DNA of 64,000 nt from Eledone cirrhosa (taxonomy: Eukaryota), in the NCBI GenBank assembly GCA_964016885.1, contig OZ024740.1, positions 95,976,001-96,040,000 of the forward strand. The letters are read 5' to 3'. The notes beneath the pieces are model-generated. The model searched no databases. It was not told where the DNA came from and saw only the letters and a list, made by a program, of their open reading frames with translations. This document shows positions 48,121-64,000 of this stretch, piece after piece. A program made the position numbers and the translations under genes. Each line of letters opens with the position of its first letter. Within the stretch, counting starts at the first letter, position 1.

Positions 48121-50227
48121 GGCGAAGAAGATATTGTCAATTTACTTTTCAATTTACATATATATATTTGCGCATAATACCAATATCCACACTACATATG
48201 CCAGCAGAAAACGGCACGTGGGCGTTTTTTCTGCTAGTGCATATAATTCCAGCAGCACTAAATGAGTGCGATACGAACTGTTGGGAATTAAATCAACTTT
48301 AGAAGAGTCTAGTCGAAAGAAACTATGCAATATGTGTCTATTATGAATAGAGTAAAACACGTAACGGTTCACGCACCCTTCATATATATATATATATATC
48401 TGCCTAGATCGATATCCAGTGATATATACATATAGATAGGGGGTCTGCGATTTTTTAAGCAATGAAACTGACGCAAATGCAATCTCAATATATCCTTTAC
48501 AGAATGAAATAATTCACTATATTTATAGAGATAACTCACCGTAACAATATTTGTATACGATGTAAAGGAGTTATATATAGATATTTTTTATTCAAATCAT
48601 ACCAATATTATCAACTTATATATTTTAGATACAGAAAATCTGTATGCGTGATGTGTGATAATTCACATGAAGTGTTGATGCTTACGTGAACGGCTAATGC
48701 AAGCATAATCAAGTAAAATATTTTCCATAGACTCCGTGGTTATAGCTTTTCTAGTAGCACAATAAACAATCGTGAATCTTGCAGTGATTATCAAAACACA
48801 TGCAGATCTGATATGTTGTAGTTCAGTGCTTTGGCAGTCAATAATCATCAAATAGAAATACACCAGGACGAACCAGATAAAGCAGCAGAGTGCAATGGTT
48901 ACAATAAATCACTGAACCACATTACATGTCGAGAACACAGACGGTAATAAGCTAGAAATAATACAACTAAATGTTACATCAACAATTGTAAAGATAGTTC
49001 ATCTGGTGAATCTCCAGAAACTCTTTGGTACTATTTGTTCCACTTTGTTAACTATTAGTCACAGAGAAGCCATACAGAAACCCATCTTTAAGAAACCACC
49101 AAGATTGGAATTTCAATAGATGTTTACGAAATCTACAAAATCTTTGAGTACGAGAAGATTCAACAACGGATACTTCTAGCTGTTTTACTGCCTCCCCTGT
49201 TTCCGCTTTTCTTTTTGATTATTCTATGCATAATCTGCCTCACATTGGCTTTAAATATTTCAAATTTAATTTCTGTTATTTTCTTTTCCCCTTTTACCTT
49301 TTTTACATTTTAGATTTTAGTTGTTTTTTTTATTTTTTTATTTTTCTTATTATTTGTCTCACTAGGTATTTTTTTATTACTACCTGTAAGGAGTACTCGA
49401 TAATGCCCCTAGTCTGACATGGCTTACTAGATCTATACGGATGTTTGAATTGAATAAATCAATAAAATTAATCAATGGTTGAAAAAGCTTCCAGGAACCA
49501 ATCTCTATCGTCTTGAAATATCAATAACACGTACATAACATATTCCTATTAGAATGTCATGAATAAATATGGACATAATTTGGTTGGACTCAATTCAAAC
49601 TCAATTCCGTTATTTAAGAACTGGCATGCATATACCACCAGAAGCACAAACGAACATTAATATCAAAATCATAAAACACATAGAATTCATGAAAAATATG
49701 TGACGGCAATAGTAGTAGCAATGTGGAATATATTATAAAAAACAATAACAAAATAAACTCTCCAACGTTTGCGATGTTTTTGTTTATATTGTAATTCGGT
49801 GTATTTCTTTCAAACAGAAAAATAGATGGTTAAATGCGTGATTACACATTTCACGTCTTAGGAAATCTCAGTGACTGCAATAATGAGATGTCAATCTTTC
49901 AAACACGAGATAATATATAGAGAGCTTTTAAGTAGTAAGACACCTGGTCACAGCTCTCTCTATCCAATTACTTGAAAACTACTAAGTTTTCAATGTAATG
50001 AATAAATGCTTCTGTCTCAAAAGTGTGTTTCCTATTAGACACTGGTTCTTGTACAAAACATGTTCATACTTGTATTCCAGAACATTTTATTATGCGCCTT
50101 CTTCGGTTATTCATAAGGATAACTGATTTTCTCGTAGTATAAATTTTATTAAAGGACATTGTATGGACATGCACTAGGCCATAAATGTAGTTGAAATTGG
50201 GCCCATTTTCTCCTTGTAACTAATAAT

Positions 50228-50590
50228 CGTTTCTACTTGTGGCACAAGGCCAGCAATTATCCAGTGTATTACTGGTACTTTATTTTATCGACCTCGCAAA
50301 GATGAAAGACAAAGTTAACCTCGGCGGGATTTGAACTCAGAATGGCAAGGGCCTTTACTCTACGCGTCAAAGCATGGCGTCCGACCCTCTACCGATACTG
50401 TCAATAATGATTTCTAGTATAGGCACGAGGCCAGTAGGTTACTGGTGCTTTATTTTATCGACCCTGTAGGGATGAAAGGCAAAGTTAACCTCGGTGTGAT
50501 TTGAACCCAGACCGTAAAGGACCGTAACTTTATGCTGCACAGCATGGTGTCTGACTCTATACGATACTGCCAATCGACCGCCCTATCTGA
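50228..50590 (-). mobile_element. Head-to-tail dimer of the Nin-like SINE inside one 12-bp TSD
   Basis: gtaactaataat at 50216-50227 and 50591-50602. Confidence 0.8.
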
Positions 50591-50662
50591 GTAACTAATA
50601 ATAAGATATTCTTGATAGAACACCACGTAACTCTATATCATTATATCTTCCTCTACAATTTG

Positions 50663-50846
50663 GTTTGGCAGTATCGATAGAGGGTCAATCAGACGCCATG
50701 CTTTGAAGCATATAGTTACGTCACTTTATGATCTGAGTTCAAATCCTGCCTTGGTTAACTTTGCCTTTCATCCTTACGGGGTCGATAAAATAAAATACTA
50801 GTAATATACTGGTTAAGTGCTGGCCTTGTGTCAAAAAGTAGAAACA
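50663..50846 (+). mobile_element. Nin-like SINE with a TSD of about 23 bp
   Basis: attatatcttcc(t)tctacaatttg at 50640-50662 and 50847-50870. Confidence 0.85.
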
Positions 50847-51099
50847 ATTATATCTTCCTTCTACAATTTGTTTTTCCTGCATTTCTTATATACTCATATT
50901 TATTTTTCTTATACTGTTCATAATTTTAAAATACATAACTTCGTAGTTATACATCTGATGGTAAACACGAATGAAAACGATATTGCAAATAACATTGGCC
51001 TTATTTCATTTTATCAGTAAGCCAGACATTTCTACAACCATGTAATAGATGTCTGTTTTGTCGAAATTTTTACTCATATATTGCATCTTTATCTATAAA

Positions 51100-52110
51100 T
51101 ATAGTAATGGCATATATTCAATCAAACTTATTTGCGGAGAACGTTCATAGAATGCGTTGCTATATTTGCTCTCTCAGTACTTGGAATTCAAATGGCATCG
51201 AAGTTAATTTACACTTTCATTTTTTCAACGTATAGTACGAATCCAGCACTTGGCCTTATTTTCCCTTTGCATTCGTCTCCCTTAATCTGTTCGAAACAAT
51301 CACACTTTCATTGGAATGAGTCGAACTTGACAAAAATGTGTTCCACCGGGTTTACATTGTCCAGGAAACATCGTAATTCAATACGGTGCGCCTATAACTA
51401 GATCAATAATAACAGGTTCATCCTTCAAACACTATTATTCTAAGATAGTAAATGTGTCTGTTCCCTTATAAAACTTAAAGGGATGAGTTTCTGTTTATTT
51501 CGAAAATACATTTTTCTGTTGCTCTATAAACAAACAACGTACCTGTGCAAATAGTGTGCATGAAGCTGAGCATTATACATATATGTATACCTTCAAATTA
51601 AGTCTGAAACGTAATCAGTGGGATATAATATGTGAAAGTATTCGTCGATGAATAAGACGTACAATTCTTATGACGGTATTCCACATCTTTTCTGACTACA
51701 CAATCTATCTCAGAACATTCGGTGTCCCAAAATTTGTGTTAAGAATATTTCCACATATTTCCGGTAGTTGCATCAAAACTCATGTTTAAATCAAACTTCA
51801 AATCCCCAAGGCCTGCTCTGACGCGAGGTAACATCAATAGATGCGATAATATTTGTTCGTATTTACGTTAGAGCTTTCCTGAAATTACTGGGAAACGAAG
51901 TGTGTTTTCATTTTCTTCCTTGTTTTTTAATTTCTCCAGAACAGTGTTTAGATAATTTATGTGTTGAATGTTGCTCCCAATCGATTAGCAGTTGTATTGA
52001 TAGCATTTGAAACAGTACCACGATTTCGACAGGTTATGATCACGAAGTTTGTATATTTGATGTTGAAATTTCCGTGTCACACCTTTTCGTCTCTTTCTGT
52101 ATTCTGTCCG
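51100..52110 (-). pseudogene. Decayed Mutator-like (MULE) transposase
   Basis: FQHQIYKL..SWYCFKCYQYNC (FLYWCH-like, about 51990-52070), LFIDE.F (about 51635-51658) and VIIDL.IGA....MFPGQ..GGTHFCQ (51325-51420), in the expected order. Confidence 0.5.
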
Positions 52111-52249
52111 ATTTGTCAGCGTGTTCATTGCGGCTTTTCTAATTAAACTGCTGTAAAGCAATATAGGGTATTTGTTGGTTTATTGTATTTAAATATATAT
52201 AAATATATATACATGTGTGGACACTTGTTTGTTTGCGTGTTTTCGACAG

Positions 52250-57475
<5,226 letters not shown>

Positions 57476-57494
57476 TGTGTGTTTATCTACACAC

Positions 57495-57525
<31 letters not shown>

Positions 57526-57644
57526 AAATGTCAAGTTATCAATAATGTAGTGATAATATATCGTCACGTTAGAGATGACAGTGTACGTGTAGGTTTGCTC
57601 AACGAGTATAAATTATATTCCGGAGAAAATGTAGAAAAGATAAA

Positions 57645-58642
57645 TATAAAATGAAAGTGCTTTTATGCTTTTATAAAGGAATTTATTAGGTATTGACATA
57701 TGTTTCTGTAACAGATGGAATACCTATGTATCGCTGCTTGCGTAATCATATAATGTTAGCAAGTATTCGATAGCAAATCTATAATAAGTTGTCACTTCTT
57801 CAGAGATATTGGATAAATTAGAAAATATCAGAAAAAATAAAGTATTTATATTAGTTGTAAGAAAGGAAGAAGAGAAGGGATAGTATATGGCAGATGGCAA
57901 TTCAACTTGCAGGTAAACAAGTATATAGAAGGTTTTTAATGAGAATACAATGGTATATGACCTATTTTATCTAAAGAAGAATTTTTTGGGAGTGCCTATT
58001 TTAATCTATATTTGTCTCCATCTCCGTTTGATTGTCAAAATACATATTAACATTCTCTATTAGTCTTAATTCCATCAACTCTTCTATTCTTTACCATTTA
58101 ATATAAACTGCTATAGATAAAATGAGATTTCTTAATTCAATTCCCAAATGCATATACCAGCAGGCTACCAGCATTGTTGTTATACGGTAGCAGTGAAAAT
58201 CTCTTCCTTACTTGACACTTTATATCTGTATTAATACTACTACTCCAAACGACCAGCCCTGTCCATTGTTCAATTGGTCAAATATAGATTAAAATAGGCA
58301 GTCCCAAAAATTATTATTTAGATAAAATAAGCCATATACTCATTGTATTCTTATTAAAAACAGTCTATATACTTGTTTACCAGCAAATTGAATTGCCATC
58401 TGTCATATACTATCCCGTCTCTTCTTCCTTTCTTACAACTAATATAAATACTTTACTTTTTCTGATTTCTTCCAATTTATCCAATATCTCTGAAGAAGTG
58501 ACAACTGATTATAGATTTGCTATCGAATACTTGCTAACATTATATGATTACGCAAGCAGCGATACATAGGTATTCCGTCTGTTACAGAAACATATGTCAA
58601 TACCTAATAAATTCCTTTATAAAAGCACTTTCATTTTATATT
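57645..58642. mobile_element. Inverted-repeat element (arms of about 370 bp, spacer of about 260 bp) with HHR-like halves
   Basis: 57645-58016 is the reverse complement of 58278-58642. ctgaaga (58490) and gaaacatatgtc (58587-58598) are present. Confidence 0.75.
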
Positions 58643-58651
58643 CATCTTTTG

Positions 58652-58743
<92 letters not shown>

Positions 58744-58829
58744 CGTGCGTGTGTGTATAATGGTAGCTATGGTGCTTCCATAGGCGGTATGCCAAAATTA
58801 GCACTCAATATACGTCAGAGTAGAGTGTA

Positions 58830-59167
58830 TATATTATCAAGAAAAAGAAAAATCAGTGATGCATCTGGACTTGGTTTATTTCGTGTTACAAATGTTTCGC
58901 CGGCATGTAGCTCGAATCATGGTCCTTGTATGGATCTGGCTGATTCTACTATTGCTGGTTCTTTCAGACACGTCTGTTATGTCCTGAGCACATTTTATCG
59001 TGATAATATTTGCTCCGGACATATCAAACGTGTCTGAAAGAACCCGCAGAAGTAGAATTAGCCAGATCCATACACGGACCATGACTCGAGATACATGTCG
59101 GCGAATCATTTGTACCACGAAATAAACCAAATCCAGATGCATCACTGATTTTTTTGTTTTCTTGATA

Positions 59168-59172
<5 letters not shown>
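58830..59172. mobile_element. Foldback pLTR with HHR (58882-58972 minus, best copy; 59029-59119 plus)
   Basis: cgugu-cugaaaga-(about 65 nt)-gaaa-cauuug-ua^acacg; stem I is a perfect 5 bp. Confidence 0.75.
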
Positions 59173-59198
<26 letters not shown>

Positions 59199-59199
59199 A

Positions 59200-59504
59200 G
59201 GGCGATCGATTAAAGTAGAAGATGCTAGAAGGTCGGTCGTCCTCTTGTCTAAGATTTTCAGCCCCATGGATTTTATCTGTTATATATCGAATACCTAATA
59301 ATTGTTTCTACGTTATGCACAAGGCCAGCAATTATCCAGTGTATAACTGGTACTTTATTTTATAGACCCCGTAAGGATGAAAGGCAAAGTTAACCTCGGC
59401 GGGACCTAATAATATCACCGGATCCATACGGAACCCGGTCATTGAAATGATCATGGTATAATAAACCTTTCAAGGATTTACACATGTCTAGCCTCCTGTT
59501 ACTT

Positions 59505-59580
<76 letters not shown>

Positions 59581-59672
59581 ATAATAAAATAACAGGAGGC
59601 TAGACATGTGTAAATCCTTGAAAGATTTATTATACCATGATCATTTCAATGACCGGGATCCGTATGAATCCG

Positions 59673-59680
<8 letters not shown>
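59200..59680 (+). mobile_element. pLTR of the 2697/5148 family interrupted by a Nin-like SINE (59304-59403 minus), with an inverted copy across (TA)n at 59581-59680
   Basis: TSD acctaataat at 59294-59303 and 59404-59413. Confidence 0.8.
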
Positions 59681-59749
<69 letters not shown>

Positions 59750-59750
59750 T

Positions 59751-59791
<41 letters not shown>

Positions 59792-59799
59792 ATATATAT

Positions 59800-61683
59800 A
59801 AATTTATTAAAATAACAGTTTAAAGTTTAAGCATATAATCGCTGCTTTCCCACTTAGCGGCATCTTTTGAAACTAAAAAAGTCAATCTGTGAACGCAGAA
59901 GTAAATATAAAAAAAAACGTTGCAACCGAAGGAAGACAGGAAGACGATACTTTGGTTCGCGGAAACGTTCCCTGGCAAAGAACGAAAAAAAAAAGACGAA
60001 GATAATACGTCATAATTTGGTGCAGTGAAAACAATTACACGCAAAGACAAAACCATGTTTATGGTAGAAATGAAGTCGTAGACTAATATTCTATTAGGTG
60101 GTTCATGGAGACGTTCTCTGGTAATGAACGAAAAAAAAAACGAAGATAAAACGTCATTATGTGGACCGTGATAACTATTAAACGCAAAGACAAAATCGCG
60201 TAAATGGTATAACAGAAGTCTCTAGACTAAAATTCTATTAGGAAACCGAATGATTCTCGGCTTCAGAGGTTAGAATAAAGTAAATAAAATATAGAGGTAA
60301 TTGAAATTAAATATAGACATACACGCAACCATATACGTACGTACACCAGCATACGCGAAAACACTCGCCATAGGTATGAAAATACAATCACGTACACACA
60401 AAATACACGCACGCAGTTACAGAACCCATGCAACGCCTCTACTCCCAGACATACGAACGTATACACCAAATACACATAAATATATATATACATATATATG
60501 TGTGTGTGTGTGTCTGGGTGTGAGTGTGCGTGTATACTTAATATATACACACATAAATACGTATATAACGCGCGCACCCACATACCTATATGTAAATACA
60601 CATATGTTCGCGGACGTACGTCAAACAAAACACAAAGTACACATATACACACACCCTACATATATACGAACCCGCATACTCACACAGCCGCAAACTCACG
60701 TATACACATAACCAAATGCACATGTACCAGTATATATAATATATACGCCATAACATATACATGCAAGTATACGTACGAGAAAGTATACGTACCTTCACAA
60801 AACATACAGGTAATATATACTTACCTATACAAATAAGTAATGGTATAAACATAACAGATACTTAGCTACCACATGAAGATGTAAAATATCCGCGTATAGT
60901 TCGTACTATCCGTTAGGGTATAATGTGGGGCTGTAATACAGGAAAGCTTTGTGCAATTTATGTTTACAAGCCGTTGAAGATGTAGTCTTTGGCGTAGAGT
61001 ATTTCCTGGGCCTCAGCGGCGCATAGGACTCTTGGTCTTTTATTTCCGTTATACGATGTAGCCTTAGCTAGGATTTCCCAGTGTAATTTAAATTGGGTGT
61101 GGTTGTCTTTTAGACTGCAGATATAAACTGAAAGAGACGTCATATTCCTTTTTAAAGGGTTAAGAAACGAATGGGTATGCATGTAAAAAGGCTGCTTGAA
61201 TCTATTGGCAGTTAACCCTATGTAGGCCCTAAGGGACGTGGGTGTGTCAACCTTACATCTATAGACAATGTTACTAGAAAGGCATTTCCAAGATAGGGGC
61301 AGTCAACCCGATTCCTACAATTACAGTTATTACTAGCTAAAGGGTTGCACGTGTTCCTACGGCTAGGTAGTTTAGCTAAATTTGAATCTGTGGTGTTATG
61401 TGCAATGTTAGGAGTCGTAGAGTCAGAAACTTTAATACATTTCTATTAAAAATGTTACTATATTTATGTGCTGGGGGGAAATGCTTCATAATAAGAGAGA
61501 GACATATCTTGGCTAATATATATATTTTTATATATATTTATATATATTTTATATATATTTTTATGTGTATCTGGTGTATACGTTCGTATGTTTGCGGGTA
61601 CAGGCGTTGCATGGGTTTTGTAAGTGCGTGTGTGTTTTTTTTGTGTACGTGCTTGTATTTGCATACCCATGGCGAATGTTTTC
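59800..61683 (-). mobile_element. Naiad-type 3' fragment (linker and GIY-YIG at 60964-61390, 3'UTR) with an inverted UTR piece at about 61540-61683
   Basis: CNCRNRVDCP..G.C..NIVYRCKV..RAYIGLTANRFK..H..SF..LS.YI..LK..HWEIL. Confidence 0.85.
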
Positions 61684-63590
61684 AGGGAACTGAGAAAATA
61701 TTACAAAAAAACACCTCGAGTTACCCTGGATGAGATCAACGCCACAGCTTACAGTATTATATCCGGGTCCGGCATAGAGGATAGGACAGCCCCATGCCAT
61801 CCAAGGGAGCCGCGGATTACCATTAAAGGCCACAGCCAAACTTTGAGTCTGACCTCCTATTTAGACTAATAGCCCCCTCCAGATCAGACCTAGGGAACGT
61901 CGGGTAAAACATACTAGATAGGATTTTGCCCAAGCTTCGGAAAAAAAACTAGATTGCAGCTATGGTCAGGTTATAGAATGGTTTAAGATACTACCAGAGA
62001 AAAGTAGGACCAGCTTTATCCAACTGGATATTGCAGGCTACTACTCCTCAATCTAGCCCATATGACTCAATAAGTCCCTTATTTTAGCAATGTCCAATAC
62101 GGACCTAACACACGAGGAGGTGGGTATCATCCACGCCGCCTGAAAAACCTTGATCTGTTTCGGTGGGGACATTTGGACCAGAAGTGATTCGCCAAATAAC
62201 TTTGACATCACAATGGGCTACTGCGACTTCGCACAGGTAACGGACCTGGTCGGCCTATACCTGTTGAAGCAGATAGAATAAGAAATCACCTGCCTGGGCG
62301 GCGGATTGTATCGAGACGATGCACGCTTCACAGTCTATGATCCCAGCACCACTATGGTGGAGAAAATGAAGAGGCGTATTCGGAATTTCTTTAAGAACCA
62401 TGGGCTCAGTATCGAACTAGACCCAAATAGAAAGGTATTTAACTTCCTAGACACCACCCTAAACCTGAACACCGAGCAATAGTCCCCTATCACAAGCCCA
62501 ACGAGAAAATGGTATATGTTAACGCCAAGTCAAACCACCCTAGATCCATAATTAAAGCCGTAGTGAAGAGTGTCTCGGACAGGATCTCCAGCCTATCCGC
62601 AAATAAGGAGATTTTCTATAGCAACGTGGAATATTACAACGCAGCTCTAAATAAGGCGACGCATGGCCAAAATATACCATATAATCTGAGGCGCCATGAT
62701 GGGGATAGCCCAACGGATACCCCGACCCACGGGATGTAGGAGGGGTGGGATACTACCAATACAAGCAGAGTAAAAACAACTAAACACCATGAACCCGACA
62801 CCACCACATTGGCGAAGGATATGGGCTGGGAAGTTAGCAGAACACATAGCGACCAAAGGGGAAGTAGCAATGCGGGAACCTCTAGCAACCCAACAACTCC
62901 CCAACAGCCCAGGACACGCTCAACCCACCCACACAGGAGTAGACACAGAAAAATCACGGGGTACAACCGACTATACTCAGCGGCCCTAAGGAACAACATG
63001 GCTCGCTCATTCTTTAGAGCAGTAAATAAATGCTTCCCGAGGGACCATAGATACCGAAAGATCTTCAACAGACAGATTCTAAAGCTCTCATATTCTGCCA
63101 CGCAAAATGTGGCCCAGCACATATCTAGCATCAATAGGGGTAGACTTAAAAACCACACACAACCGGAAGTTGGCAATATAGACACTCGGCAGAACCATGT
63201 GGAGGGAAAGAAGGGTATACCCAGTAACCCAAACAGACCCAGGGACCCCCACCAGACCCGGGGGAAGACCACCATATAATACGCAACGGGAATCCCACAT
63301 AAGGCACGCGGACGTCGACCACCTCCTGCAACTGCAGAAACCGAGCAATAAGCCCGCTTAGTAATGAATGCCTGAGGAAGATCTTAATATACGGATGTAG
63401 AGTATAAAAAACAACTCTGAACAAATTTACATAGGAGCCACATCAACGAGCTTTAATGACCGATGATATAACCATCGCCATTCCTTTAATAGGGAGGAAA
63501 AAAGGAAAAGTACGGCTCTTTCCAAACTGATCTGGAAGCTGAAGGTGGACAGGACCGCGTACTCTCTGGCCTGGTCCAAAACTCACTGTG
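61684..63590 (+). mobile_element. Naiad-type PLE, truncated at both ends, decayed RT-linker-GIY-YIG
   Basis: ELRKYYKK, FIQLDI.GYYSSI, NFDITMG..D.AQVTD, GGLYRDD, FNFLDTTLNL, YVNAKSNHP, SCNCR....PL.NEC, YIGAT, YNHRHSF. Confidence 0.88.
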
Positions 63591-63592
63591 AG

Positions 63593-63822
63593 GGGAACTT
63601 CCTTCAAGTTATAGGGACTTGTCCGGGACATGTAGACATCCCAGGCCCGGACCTTCCTAAAGCTATATGGACAATAACAACACTTTGGGATGGGAACTTC
63701 CATCAAGATATAGGGACTTCCCCGGGTCATGTAGACACCTCAGGGCCGGGACCTTCCTCTAGCTATATGAGCAACAACAACGCATTGGGATGGGAACTTC
63801 CCTCAAGCTATAGGGAAAGTAG
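63593..63822. repeat. Tandem repeat of about 99 bp (about 2.3 units)
   Basis: gggaacttcc..caag.tataggga at 63593, 63692 and 63792. Confidence 0.85.
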
Positions 63823-64000
63823 CCCCGCCACACTGAGCCCACGTAAACCACCCCTACATTTTCACCACCCCTAATCTTGCCTCGCTCGGCTCCTATGGCA
63901 ACACAGACTTATGCATATGTCTATACATAGATACTGTTATTTAAGATTGTACATGCACTGATATTAAATATGTGTGTGTGTGTGAGTGTATATGTGCATG

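Noticed and set aside
48663-49105. Minus-strand hydrophobic frame interrupted only by three TGA codons
   Set aside because: No recognisable family, no splice or SECIS evidence; compatible with chance.

Overview
AT-rich eukaryotic, repeat-saturated DNA. I found no recognisable host gene, rRNA or true tRNA. The SINE types (a tRNA-headed SINE with a Nin-like domain and a CORE-like SINE) and the extreme (TA)n load resemble an octopus/cephalopod genome; this is inference. The window is dominated by decayed Penelope-like retroelements (PLEs): at least four RT-bearing Naiad-type copies (YRDD RT, CxCx5Cx5C linker, GIY-YIG endonuclease) plus fragments, two copies of a YVDD/Neptune-like family, and a third GIY-YIG family. 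There are also fossils of a CR1-group LINE, RTE LINEs, a CRE-type LINE, a Helitron helicase and a MULE transposase. The main unannotated signal is RNA. About 20 hammerhead-ribozyme (HHR)-like motifs from about 10 sequence families sit near the ends of elements that abut (TA)n tracts. They include a compensatory U3-A8 core variant, copies with enlarged stem II, and copies whose cleavage product would end in UAUAUAUA. Many insertions are foldbacks (inverted repeats) or short tandem arrays of non-coding monomers (about 291, 507, 580 and 633 bp) bounded by microsatellite, mostly (TA)n. This suggests a community of non-autonomous, ribozyme-processed, retrozyme-like RNAs mobilised by PLE reverse transcriptases into TA microsatellites. 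All alignments and folds were done by eye; activity is untested.
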